DNA from: Knoellia sp.
GTDB lineage: Bacteria > Actinomycetota > Actinomycetes > Actinomycetales > Dermatophilaceae
DNA length: 64,000 bases
NCBI GenBank assembly: GCA_039917755.1
Contig: JBDSIV010000104.1
Coordinates: 7,715-71,714 of the forward strand
Reading direction: 5' to 3'
Both the position numbers and the translations under genes were made by a program. Shown in pieces: positions 1 to 8,858 of the stretch; position 1 is the first letter of the stretch; every line of letters starts with the position of its first letter. A model generated the notes under the pieces. That model saw nothing but the letters and a program-made list of their open reading frames with translations. It was not told the origin of the DNA and did not search any database.

Positions 1-789
1 CAGCTCTCGCCAGCTGGCGACCGCCGCGTCCCAGTCGGCTCCCTGGGGCGCGTGGTCGCGACCCTTGAGGTACTCAAAGGTGATGTCGTCCGGCGCGATC
101 ATGCCCGCGCGAGCGCCAGCCTCGATCGACATGTTGCAGACCGTCATCCTTGACTCCATGGACAGTGCCCGGATCGCGCTGCCGCGGAACTCGAGGACAT
201 AACCCTGACCCCCACCCGTGCCGATCTTGGCGATGACGGCGAGGACGATGTCCTTGGAGGTCACACCGTCGGGCAGTTCGCCCTCGACGGTCACAGCCAT
301 GGTGCGGAACGGCTTGAGCGGCAGCGTCTGGGTTGCGAGGACGTGCTCGACCTCTGAGGTGCCAATGCCGAACGCGAGGGCGCCGAACGCGCCATGGGTC
401 GAGGTGTGGCTGTCGCCGCAGACCACGGTCATTCCCGGTTGGGTCAGTCCAAGCTGCGGGCCGACGACATGGACGATGCCCTGCTCGGCATCTCCCATCG
501 GGTAGAGCTTGATCCCGAACTCCTCGCAGTTGCGACGCAACGTCTGCACCTGCGTGAGGCTGATCGGGTCGGTGATCGGACCGGGCGTCGTCGGGACGTT
601 GTGGTCCTCGGTCGCGAGGGTGAGTTCGGGGCGCCGGACGGGCCGCTCCGTGAGCCGCAAACCATCGAAGGCCTGCGGGCTCGTCACCTCGTGGAGCAGG
701 TGGAGATCGATGTAGAGCAGGTCCGGCTCTCCCTCGCCCCGACGCACCACGTGTGCGTCCCATACCTTCTCTGCCAGGGTCTTGCCCAC
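1..789 (-). CDS. leuC: 3-isopropylmalate dehydratase large subunit (5' part; runs off the window)
   Basis: Manual translation from GTG at 789: [16 protein letters not shown]...[17 protein letters not shown]...DHNVPT...QGIVHVVGP...[33 protein letters not shown]; GGAGG RBS upstream; divergent from the IclR gene. Confidence 0.97.
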   Translation of the reverse strand, partial: MGKTLAEKVWDAHVVRRGEGEPDLLYIDLHLLHEVTSPQAFDGLRLTERPVRRPELTLATEDHNVPTTPGPITDPISLTQVQTLRRNCEEFGIKLYPMGDAEQGIVHVVGPQLGLTQPGMTVVCGDSHTSTHGAFGALAFGIGTSEVEHVLATQTLPLKPFRTMAVTVEGELPDGVTSKDIVLAVIAKIGTGGGQGYVLEFRGSAIRALSMESRMTVCNMSIEAGARAGMIAPDDITFEYLKGRDHAPQGADWDAAVASWREL

Positions 790-869
790 AGCCAACACCT
801 CCACGAAACCGGTTTGTGGCGTCGCCTTCCCCATGGTCGGCAACATCGCTCCCATCGAGAGTTCCACGC

Positions 870-907
870 GTCCCGCGTGCGGGAACTTGCGTCTCACGGC
901 TTGGGAC
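870..907. promoter_or_regulatory. Paired IclR (NdgR/LtbR)-type operator in the leuC/regulator divergent promoter
   Basis: GTCCCGCGTGCGGGAAC and GTCTCACGGCTTGGGAC imperfect palindromes, similar to those upstream of cimA, leuB, serA, ilvB and ilvD. Confidence 0.65.
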
Positions 908-921
908 GGCAGTATCAAGAC

Positions 922-1665
922 ATGGACAACACCAGTGGGGTCGGCGTTCTCGACAAGGCAGCCATCGTCTTGAGTGCACTTGAAGCAGGGCCCTCGACCC
1001 TCGCCCAGCTCGTCACCGCCACCGGTCTGGCTCGTCCGACGGCTCATCGCCTTGCCGTGGCCCTCGAACACCACCGCCTCGTGGGCCGCGACATGCAGGG
1101 CCGCTTCGTGCTCGGTCCACGTCTGGGCGAGCTGGCGGCCGCTGCTGGTGAGGACCGCCTCCTTGCAGCTGCTGGGCCTGTCCTCGGCGCCCTGCGCGAC
1201 CACACCAACGAGAGCGCCCAGCTGTTCCGGCGTCAGGGCGAGCACCGCATCTGCGTCTCAGCCGCCGAGCGGCCCGTGGGCCTGCGCGACTCGATCCCGA
1301 TCGGTGCCAGCCTGACGATGCTCGCCGGCTCGGCTGCCCAGGTCCTCTTGGCCTGGGAGGAGCCCGACCGGCTCCACCGCGGCCTGCAGGGTGCCGCCTT
1401 CAACGCCACCACTCTCTCCGGTGTGCGCCGGCGCGGTTGGTCCCAGAGCGTGGGCGAGCGCGAAGCCGGCGTCGCCTCTGTCTCCGCCCCGGTCCGTTCC
1501 CCGTCCGGACGAGTCATCGCAGCCGTCTCCATCTCGGGACCGATCGAGCGCCTGTCCCGCCAGCCCGGCCGTCTCCACGCCGCCACTGTGATCGCGGGCG
1601 CCAACAAGCTCACCGAAGTTCTCGCCCGTCACGCCAAGACGGCCGAAGAGCAGCACTCCGCCTGA
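922..1665 (+). CDS. ndgR: IclR-family transcriptional regulator (NdgR/LtbR orthologue)
   Basis: [50 protein letters not shown]-terminus and ISGPIERL C-terminal motif; conserved position divergent from leuC. Confidence 0.92.
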   Translation: MDNTSGVGVLDKAAIVLSALEAGPSTLAQLVTATGLARPTAHRLAVALEHHRLVGRDMQGRFVLGPRLGELAAAAGEDRLLAAAGPVLGALRDHTNESAQLFRRQGEHRICVSAAERPVGLRDSIPIGASLTMLAGSAAQVLLAWEEPDRLHRGLQGAAFNATTLSGVRRRGWSQSVGEREAGVASVSAPVRSPSGRVIAAVSISGPIERLSRQPGRLHAATVIAGANKLTEVLARHAKTAEEQHSA

Positions 1666-1696
1666 CCGCACACGGCGAGCGGACGGCATACAACGC

Positions 1697-1735
1697 AGAA
1701 GTCCCCGCCACCTCGATGAGGTGACGGGGACTTCT
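1697..1735. terminator. Hairpin terminator between the convergent IclR gene and tRNA-Glu
   Basis: AGAAGTCCCCGCCACCTC-GAT-GAGGTGACGGGGACTTCT inverted repeat. Confidence 0.75.
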
Positions 1736-1741
1736 TGCAAG

Positions 1742-1814
1742 TAGCCCCGACGGGATTCGAACCCGCGCTAACGCCGTGAGAGGGCGCCGTGCTAGGCCGC
1801 TACACAACGGGGCC
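1742..1814 (-). tRNA. tRNA-Glu(CTC)
   Basis: Reverse complement GGCCCCGTTGTGTAGCGGCCTAGCACGGCGCCCTCTCACGGCGTTAGCGCGGGTTCGAATCCCGTCGGGGCTA; anticodon CTC, GTTCGAATCC T-loop. Confidence 0.96.
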
Positions 1815-1912
1815 CTAGCTGCTGTCAGAGCAAGCTCCGGACAGCAGATGAAAGAATACCGCAAGGCGGCAGTTCCTTCGAATTGGCCTATGCCACAAGG
1901 GCATTGACCTAG

Positions 1913-1984
1913 CTGGGGTACCAGGACTCGAACCTAGAATGACGGTACCAGAAACCGTAGTGTTGCCGATTACACCATACCCCA
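1913..1984 (-). tRNA. tRNA-Gln(CTG)
   Basis: Reverse complement TGGGGTATGGTGTAATCGGCAACACTACGGTTTCTGGTACCGTCATTCTAGGTTCGAGTCCTGGTACCCCAG; anticodon CTG. Confidence 0.96.
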
Positions 1985-2101
1985 AGGGGGTATCACCGTT
2001 GCTTCGGTCCGAAGACCTCATTCACTGGTGAACCGAGGAGTGATACTACCGGCCACTCCCCCGGCGCCCAAATCGGTTGGTCCGTGAGCCCCGCGGAGGA
2101 C

Positions 2102-3634
2102 TCAGAGGGAGTCGCGCAGGGCCTGCAGACGAGTCCGGGTTGAGGTCTTGCCCAGGATCTCCATCGACTCGAACAGTGGTGGGCTGATGCGCGCACCCGA
2201 GACTGCGGTGCGCAACGGGCCGAACGCGAACTTTGGCTTGATGCCCAGGCCTTCGACGATCGAGGAGCGCAATGCCGCCTCAATCCCGGCGGCGTTCCAG
2301 TCGCTGTCGCTGCCGAGCACTCCCTTGCCCTGGTCGTCAATGTCGCCCAGGGCAGCCAAGGCGGCATCGAGCACCTGACCGGCATCGTCCTTGAGTTGGC
2401 CGCGGGCGTCCTCGGCGATCTCCAGGGCGTCGTCGGCGACGAAGAAGGGGCGGACGAGCGCGGAAGCCTCAGAAAGATGGGCGATGCGCGTCTGGATGAG
2501 CTCGGCCACGGCCTTGAGCCGGCCAAGCTCCCCGAGCGACGGGTTGCCCGAGAGCACCTCGTCGCGCTCGAGGAACGGCAGCAGCCTGGAGGTGAAGTCT
2601 CCGAGCTCGAGCTCGCGGATGTAGACGCCGTTGAGCCAGTCGAGCTTCTTGAGGTCGAAGATCGGCCCGACCGGGTTGACCTTCTTCCAATCGAAGCCTT
2701 CGCTGAACTCACTGAAGGTGAAGACCTCCCGCTCCGTGCCATCAGCCTCAAGAATCGGCGGATAGGCGAGCAGGGCAAGGAAGTTCACCAGCGCCTCTGG
2801 GAGGTAGCCCTCCTCGCGGAACCAGGTGAGCCGCGCAGCCGGATTCTTGCGCTTGGAGATCTTGGACTTGTCCGTGTTGCGCAGCAGCGGCATGTGGGCG
2901 AACTTCGGCGGCTCGAGCCCCAGCCACTGATAGAGGAGCACGTGCTTGGGCGTGCTCGAGATCCATTCCTCGCCGCGCACGACGTGGGTGATGCCCATCT
3001 CGGAGTCATCGACGACAACGGCGAGGTGATAGGTGGGGAATCCATCGGCCTTGAGGATGACCTGGTCATCGGGGCGCGGGGCAGAGACGGTGCCCCGGAT
3101 GAGGTCGTCGAAGCTCAGGGGTGCGTCGTCGGGGATGAACATGCGCACGACCGGCTGCTTCTCGCTGAAGCCGGGCAGCGCGGCCCGCTCCTCGCGCGTC
3201 TTGCCGTGGCAGAGACGGTCGTAGCCGGTGGGCTGCTTGGTCTTCTGCTGGACCTCGCGCATCTGGGTGAGGCGCTCGCTGGAGCAGTAGCAGTAGTAGG
3301 CATTTCCCTCGGCGAGCAGTCTCTCGACATAGGGCTTGTAGGTTTCAAGTCGCTCACTCTGGCGATAGGGCGCGAACGGTCCACCCACGTCCGGCCCCTC
3401 GTCCCAGTTCAGCCCGAGCCAGTGGAGGGTGTCGTAGACCTGCTGCTCGCTGTCGGCCTGAAAACGGGCGCGGTCGGTGTCCTCGATGCGCAGGAGGAAA
3501 CGCCCACCCTGCTGTCGCGCGAACGCGAGGTTGAACAACGACATGTAGGCCGTTCCGACGTGCGGGTCTCCTGTGGGCGACGGGGCCACACGAAGTCGGG
3601 GGCTGCTGGCTGCGGGGCTGGGCTGTTCGCTCAT
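2102..3634 (-). CDS. gltX: Glutamate--tRNA ligase
   Basis: RVAPSPTGDPHVG (HIGH-like), LRIEDTD, KISKR (KMSKS-like) motifs. Confidence 0.97.
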   Translation of the reverse strand: MSEQPSPAASSPRLRVAPSPTGDPHVGTAYMSLFNLAFARQQGGRFLLRIEDTDRARFQADSEQQVYDTLHWLGLNWDEGPDVGGPFAPYRQSERLETYKPYVERLLAEGNAYYCYCSSERLTQMREVQQKTKQPTGYDRLCHGKTREERAALPGFSEKQPVVRMFIPDDAPLSFDDLIRGTVSAPRPDDQVILKADGFPTYHLAVVVDDSEMGITHVVRGEEWISSTPKHVLLYQWLGLEPPKFAHMPLLRNTDKSKISKRKNPAARLTWFREEGYLPEALVNFLALLAYPPILEADGTEREVFTFSEFSEGFDWKKVNPVGPIFDLKKLDWLNGVYIRELELGDFTSRLLPFLERDEVLSGNPSLGELGRLKAVAELIQTRIAHLSEASALVRPFFVADDALEIAEDARGQLKDDAGQVLDAALAALGDIDDQGKGVLGSDSDWNAAGIEAALRSSIVEGLGIKPKFAFGPLRTAVSGARISPPLFESMEILGKTSTRTRLQALRDSL

Positions 3635-3710
3635 GATTCCCCGATTCTAGGTCTACGTTGAGCAGGAGGACCGGGCGACCGGCGTCCGGCGAGATGTCCG
3701 GAGGCACGCC

Positions 3711-3923
3711 ATGTCCAATCACGTCTATGCCATCTCAGAGCTGGTGGGCAGCTCCCCCGACGGTATCGAAGCCGCGGTCAACAACGCCATCGCCTCGGCC
3801 AGGACGAGTGTCCGCAACCTCGACTGGTTCGAGGTGACCCAGATCCGGGGCCACCTCGGCGACGCCGGTGAGGTCGCCGACTGGCAGGTCGGGATCAAGC
3901 TCGGCTTCCGCGTCGAGAAGTAG
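3711..3923 (+). CDS. Dodecin (flavin-binding protein)
   Basis: 70 aa; ELVGSS...AVNNAI...[13 protein letters not shown]...[10 protein letters not shown]; GGAGG RBS. Confidence 0.93.
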   Translation: MSNHVYAISELVGSSPDGIEAAVNNAIASARTSVRNLDWFEVTQIRGHLGDAGEVADWQVGIKLGFRVEK

Positions 3924-3932
3924 CCCGCGCGA

Positions 3933-5183
3933 CTACGACGTGGGCAGGGTGTCGCGTCGCCAAGCCAACCACGCGCGTTCGGCAGGATTCTTCGTGGTCG
4001 TGATGGCCGCGGCATACGCGCGTCTTGCGTCGCCTTCACGTCCCAGCCTGCGCAACAGGTCCGCTCGCGTTGCGTGCCATGGTGCGTATGCCGTGAGCTG
4101 CAGTTCGTCCACGATCGCCAGTCCCACGTTCGGCCCGTTGAGTTCGGCCACAGCCACGGCGCGGTTGAGCGCGACGACAGGCGTGGGCCTCAGGTGCATG
4201 AGCTGGTCATAGAGCGCGATGATCTGTCCCCAGTCCGTGAGGGAGATGTCGAGGGCGTCCGTGTGGACTGCCTGGATCGCGGCCTGGAGCTGATAGGGAC
4301 CAGGAGCGCTGCGGCGCAGGCACTCTCGCACGAGCGCGTGCCCTTCGTCGATGAGCCTCGCGTCCCACCGGGTCCGGTCCTGCTCATCGAGTGTGACGAG
4401 TTGGCCGTCGGCGGCGATGCGTGCCGGACGCCTCGCGTGGCTGAGCAACATGAGCGCCAGCAGCCCGTCGACCTCGGGCGGCGAGCCAATGCCGTGGGAG
4501 ATCGACTGAACCGCGCGGGTGAGACGGATGGCCTCGTTGGCGAGGTCCTGTCGGTCGGGGTTGTCGGCGGTCGAACTGAGGTAGCCCTCGTTGTAGACGA
4601 GATAGAGCACCGCGAGCACCCCGTCGAGGCGCTCGGCGAGGTCGTCGTGCTCGGGGATCCGGTACGGGATGACGGCTTTGGCGATCTTGGTCTTGGCCCG
4701 GGTGATGCGCTGCGCCATCGTCGTCTCGGGCACGAGGAAGGCATGGGCGATCTCCGCGACTGTGAGTCCACCGACGAGCCGCAAGGTCAGGGCGACCCGC
4801 GCCGGCTCGGCGAGAGCCGGGTGGCAGCAGGTGAAGATGAGGCGCAGGCGGTCGTCGGTGACCGGGCCAGTCGGCTCCGGGAGGGTGTCGTCGGTGATCA
4901 TGGCGGTCTCGGCATACTTCACGGCGCGGACTTTCTCGCGGCGCAGGTGGTCCAGCGCCTTGCGGCTGGCCGTCGTCGTGAGCCACCCGGCAGGGTTGGG
5001 AGGGACACCGTCGCGCGGCCAGCGCTCCAGCGCGATGACGAGAGCTTCTCCGAGGACATCCTCGGCGAGATCGATGTCGCCGTAGCGGGCGATGAGACCT
5101 GCCACCACCCGGCCGTATTCGGTGCGGACGACCTCAGCGACAGCGTCTGCACCGAGAGCGGCAACGGGGTCAGGTGCCTTCAC
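3933..5183 (-). CDS. ECF sigma-70 factor with C-terminal TPR-like extension (ECF42 type)
   Basis: DIDLAED..., DDRLRLIFTCCHPAL, ALTLRLVGGLTVAEIA, LYLVYNEGY, GPYQLQAAI motifs; downstream of a YciI/DGPF gene. Confidence 0.9.
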   Translation of the reverse strand: MKAPDPVAALGADAVAEVVRTEYGRVVAGLIARYGDIDLAEDVLGEALVIALERWPRDGVPPNPAGWLTTTASRKALDHLRREKVRAVKYAETAMITDDTLPEPTGPVTDDRLRLIFTCCHPALAEPARVALTLRLVGGLTVAEIAHAFLVPETTMAQRITRAKTKIAKAVIPYRIPEHDDLAERLDGVLAVLYLVYNEGYLSSTADNPDRQDLANEAIRLTRAVQSISHGIGSPPEVDGLLALMLLSHARRPARIAADGQLVTLDEQDRTRWDARLIDEGHALVRECLRRSAPGPYQLQAAIQAVHTDALDISLTDWGQIIALYDQLMHLRPTPVVALNRAVAVAELNGPNVGLAIVDELQLTAYAPWHATRADLLRRLGREGDARRAYAAAITTTKNPAERAWLAWRRDTLPTS

Positions 5184-5193
5184 GCGTAGGACG

Positions 5194-5547
5194 TCACTGG
5201 GACGCGTTGTCGAACGGACGGACCTCCACGGAGGCGCTGCACGCGGCCGAGCCCTGCTTGGCCCAGTCGAGGGCGTCGTCGAGGTCGGTGGCCTCGATGA
5301 TCCAGAAGCCTCCGAGGAACTCCTTGGCCTCCGAGAACGGGCCGTCGGTGACGGTGGGTGTGTCGCCCGTGGCATTGACGGTCGTCGCGGTCGTGATCGG
5401 CTCGAGTCCGCCAGCGAAGACCCACTTGCCCGCCGCCTGCGTCTTCTCGTTGAACTTCCCGACGGTGGCGAACATCTTCTGCATCTCGTCGTCGGTAGGG
5501 ATTGCGTCATCGGTGGAGCCGACAACCGAAAGCATGTACTGGGTCAT
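5194..5547 (-). CDS. YciI/DGPF-domain protein
   Basis: TVTDGPFSEAKEFLGGFWII...VEVRPF motif. Confidence 0.92.
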   Translation of the reverse strand: MTQYMLSVVGSTDDAIPTDDEMQKMFATVGKFNEKTQAAGKWVFAGGLEPITTATTVNATGDTPTVTDGPFSEAKEFLGGFWIIEATDLDDALDWAKQGSAACSASVEVRPFDNASQ

Positions 5548-5688
5548 GGTGGTTCTCCTCTGATGAACGACCGGCCGCCGTCAGTGGCGCCCTGCGTTGT
5601 CGTTCATCCTCTCCACGAATGGACCAGCACGGAAACGACACTGGGCACCAAACTTTTTGACTTTCCTTTTCGGTGCCACGATCGGGGT

Positions 5689-6291
5689 ATGCCGTCCGCT
5701 CCCCCGCCGCTGCTCCGCACCGACCGTCTCGTCCTGCGCCGTTGGCGCGCCACCGACCTCGACCCGTTCGCCGCGCTGAACGCTGACCCCCACGTCATGC
5801 GCTACTTCCCAAGTACGCAAACGCGTGAGGAATCCGCCGCGCTCATCGAGCGGGCAACCGGGAACTTCGACTCGCTCGGATACGGCCTGTGGGCTGTCGA
5901 CCGTCTGAGCCGCGCCGACCGCACTGACCGCGATCAGGCCGGCGAGTTCATCGGGTTCGTCGGTTTGGCACCGATGCATCCTGGTTCACCCGGCGCGGGT
6001 GGCGTCGAGGTCGGCTGGCGCCTGGCAGCCTCCGCGTGGGGGCAGGGCCTCGCAACGGAGGCGGCCCGCGCGAGTGTTGCGGACGGCATACAGCGCGTGG
6101 GCTTGGACGAGATCTGGTCATGGACGGCGGTGGCCAACACTCCGTCACAGGCCGTGATGCAGCGGCTCGGGATGCGCGAGTACGCCCGGACCCTGCATCC
6201 GGATCTGCCCGCTGACCACCTGCTCGCCGAGCACGTGACCTTCCGTCTCGACGCCGGCGACTGGCCGACGTCCGACCTCACTCCGCGTTGA
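5689..6291 (+). CDS. RimJ/RimL-type GNAT N-acetyltransferase
   Basis: LRTDRLVLRRW, VEVGWRLAASAWGQGLATEAA, NTPSQAVMQRLGM. Confidence 0.9.
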   Translation: MPSAPPPLLRTDRLVLRRWRATDLDPFAALNADPHVMRYFPSTQTREESAALIERATGNFDSLGYGLWAVDRLSRADRTDRDQAGEFIGFVGLAPMHPGSPGAGGVEVGWRLAASAWGQGLATEAARASVADGIQRVGLDEIWSWTAVANTPSQAVMQRLGMREYARTLHPDLPADHLLAEHVTFRLDAGDWPTSDLTPR

Positions 6292-7051
6292 CGAAGGGGT
6301 TGCTCAGCGTGCCGATCTGGTCGATCTCGACCTCAACGCGCTGACCGGCGATCACTGGGCCGACGCCAGCGGGTGTGCCGGTGAGGATGACGTCGCCGGG
6401 CAGTAAGGTGAACGCCTGCGAGGCGTGAGCGATGAGTTCGGCAACGCCGTGGACCATGTCCGAGGTCGACCCATCCTGGACGACCTTGCCGTCGAGGGTC
6501 GTGCGGATCCGGCAGGCCGAGGGGTCGAGTTGAGTCTCGATCCACGGGCCGAGCGGGCAGAAGGTGTCCAGGCCCTTGGCCCGCGCCCACTGTCCGTCGC
6601 CACGCTGGAGGTCACGCGCCGTCACATCGTTGGCGACGGTGTAGCCGAAGACGATTGACAGGGCGTTGCCGACCGGCACGTCCTTCGCGACGCGGCCGAT
6701 GATCACCGCAAGCTCGCCCTCATAACTGACCTCTTGGGTGAAGCCCGGGATCACGACCGGGTCACCGGGGCCGACGACGGCAGTGTTGGGGATGAGGAAC
6801 ATCAGTGGGCTCGCAGGGGCCTCGCCGCCCATCTCCTTGGCGTGCTCGGCGTAGTTCTTGCCGATGCCGATCACCTTGCTGCGCGGGATGACCGGCGCGA
6901 GGAGCCGCACGTCCGCGACGAGGTGGGTCGCGCCCGTCAGCTCGATCTTCGTGTAGAGCGGGTCGCCGGTGATCTCGGCGATCTTCTCGCCGGCTCCGTC
7001 GACCAGCCCGTAGACCGGGTCCTCACCTGTCGTGAATCTCGCAATACGCAC
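6278..7051 (-). CDS. Fumarylacetoacetate hydrolase family protein
   Basis: GKNYAEH, YEGELAVIIG, ANDVTARD, LLPGDVILTGTPAGVG. Confidence 0.95.
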   Translation of the reverse strand: MRIARFTTGEDPVYGLVDGAGEKIAEITGDPLYTKIELTGATHLVADVRLLAPVIPRSKVIGIGKNYAEHAKEMGGEAPASPLMFLIPNTAVVGPGDPVVIPGFTQEVSYEGELAVIIGRVAKDVPVGNALSIVFGYTVANDVTARDLQRGDGQWARAKGLDTFCPLGPWIETQLDPSACRIRTTLDGKVVQDGSTSDMVHGVAELIAHASQAFTLLPGDVILTGTPAGVGPVIAGQRVEVEIDQIGTLSNPFVNAE

Positions 7052-7073
7052 GAAGTCACTCTAGAGCGAGCCC

Positions 7074-7430
7074 TCAGCCGAGGCGACCAGCGACGGTCTC
7101 GGCGCGGACGGCGTACCTGGTGTCGTTGGTGGCCACAGGTGTCGTGTCAGCGGACGTGAACGCGGTGGCCACGTCGGCGACGTCGGCCCCAACCGACGCG
7201 GCGGAGCGGGCGGCGGCATCGTTGAGGAAGGTCTGGAGCAGGCCCGAAAGCACTGGGACCTGGTGCGGTGAGATTGCGCTCGACGGTGGCGAGAGCTGCG
7301 AGAGCGCTGGGCGAAGTCGACGCTCGGACGCGCGCAGGGCGTCACGTCGTTGGCGCCGATGTCGATTGTGACCAGGTCGACCTTGTTCTTGTGGGCCCCG
7401 AGGAACTCCAGCTCGTGGCGTTGTTCGGTG
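7074..7430 (-). pseudogene. Internally deleted, frameshifted SGNH/GDSL hydrolase relic
   Basis: Fragments in three frames: FLGAHKNKVDLVTIDIGANDV (SGNH block III), AALATVERNLT, LNDAAARSAASVGADVADVATAF...NDTRYAVRAETVAGRL. Confidence 0.65.
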
Positions 7431-7468
7431 GCGCTGCTTCACCTCAACTCACCTACGCTTGGGTGGCC

Positions 7469-8365
7469 ATGCTGCCCCTTGCCCACACACTCCTCGCTTC
7501 CCCGATCTGGACCGCACGCGAGATCGCGCACCAGACTCGAGTCGAGGCGGCGACTGCAGCTCACCGCTCGCGGCGGGGTCAGGGTCTGCGGCACCCGATC
7601 GAGGACTTCCTCTTCAGCTACTACTCCACGACCCCAGCTCAACTGCGTCGGTGGCACCCCGGCGCCGGTGTGCGGCTCGAGGGGGCGGCGCAAGCGGAGC
7701 GCGCCTCGTGGAAGCACTATCGCGTCGTTGCAGGGGCGGTTGAGGTGGACGTCGAGGACTTCGTGGCGGCCCGTGGTCGCGCCGTTGAGTTCATCCATCG
7801 ACTGCTGTCCGCCACTGCTTCCCGACCCGCCCGGTTGGGCTGCTTCGGGCTGCATGAGTGGGCCATGGTCTATCGAGCTCGCGAGGGCGACGTGCGACAC
7901 GAGCAGGTGCCGCTGCGGCTCGGCCAGGCGGGGACGGATGAGGTCGTCGAGCGCCACCAGATCACCTGCAGCCACTTCGACGCGTTCCGGTTCTTCACCA
8001 TAGACGCCGTGTCGCGCAATGCGATTCAGCCGACGCGTGAGACTCAGGTCGAACTCGAACAGCCCGGCTGCCTGCACGCCGGGATGGACGTCTACAAATG
8101 GGCGACGAAGCTGACACCCCTCGTCCCGAGTGAGCTGACGATGGACTGCTTCGACCTCGCTCTGGAGATCCGCGTCCTCGACATGGAGGCCTCGCCCTAC
8201 GACCTCTCGGGCTATGGCGTCGAACCGGTGAGGATCGAGACGGCAGCCGGCAAGGCGGCATACCTGGAGCGCCAGCGAGCGTTCGCCGAGCGATCCAACA
8301 TCCTGCGACAACGCCTTCTTGCCGTCCTCGACGCCTCCGGTGCGGCTGCGCTCACTCAGGCCTGA
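7469..8365 (+). CDS. Conserved actinobacterial protein (family usually annotated 3-methyladenine DNA glycosylase)
   Basis: HPIEDFLFSYY, GCFGLHEWAMVY, CSHFDAFRFFT, EQPGCLHAGMD, LDMEASPYDL motifs. Confidence 0.8.
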   Translation: MLPLAHTLLASPIWTAREIAHQTRVEAATAAHRSRRGQGLRHPIEDFLFSYYSTTPAQLRRWHPGAGVRLEGAAQAERASWKHYRVVAGAVEVDVEDFVAARGRAVEFIHRLLSATASRPARLGCFGLHEWAMVYRAREGDVRHEQVPLRLGQAGTDEVVERHQITCSHFDAFRFFTIDAVSRNAIQPTRETQVELEQPGCLHAGMDVYKWATKLTPLVPSELTMDCFDLALEIRVLDMEASPYDLSGYGVEPVRIETAAGKAAYLERQRAFAERSNILRQRLLAVLDASGAAALTQA

Positions 8366-8810
8366 GGCGGCCGCGGCCGGACTTCACATTGCCGCGTCGC
8401 TTCTTGGCGTCGAGCCGGCGGCGTTGTGAGCCGCGGGTCGGTCGGGTCGGACGCCGGGTCGGCGAAGGGGGCGACAGGGCATCTCGCAACAGATTCGCAA
8501 GGCGCTCTCGGGCCGCGGCTCGGTTGCGCAGCTGCGATCGGTACTCCGACGCGGCCACCACGAGCCGGCCCTGCACCAGGTGTGATGCCAGGACCTCGAG
8601 AACACGTTCGACCTGCGTCGGTGTGAGCGAGGTGGACGCCGCCGGATCGAAGGTCAACTCGACGCGACTGTCGGTGGTGTTGACTCCCTGCCCGCCAGGC
8701 CCCGACGACCGGCTGAACCGCTCCATGAGCTCACCAGCGTCGATGGTGAGCCCAGCCGGCAGGCCCGGACCGGGACGCACCCTGAGGTCACCCACCCCGC
8801 TACTCACCAT
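8352..8810 (-). CDS. arfB: Alternative ribosome rescue peptidyl-tRNA hydrolase ArfB
   Basis: RSSGPGGQGVN (GGQ), RSQLRNR, basic C-terminal tail. Confidence 0.95.
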   Translation of the reverse strand: MVSSGVGDLRVRPGPGLPAGLTIDAGELMERFSRSSGPGGQGVNTTDSRVELTFDPAASTSLTPTQVERVLEVLASHLVQGRLVVAASEYRSQLRNRAAARERLANLLRDALSPPSPTRRPTRPTRGSQRRRLDAKKRRGNVKSGRGRLRPE

Positions 8811-8858
8811 CGCACCATCCTCGCCTACGAACCTCAGGCGTTGGCGTCGCCGCCGGGA

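Noticed and set aside
1742-1984. tRNA genes as possible integration sites
   Set aside because: No integrase and no duplicated tRNA 3' end seen; flanks are the core gltX and ndgR genes
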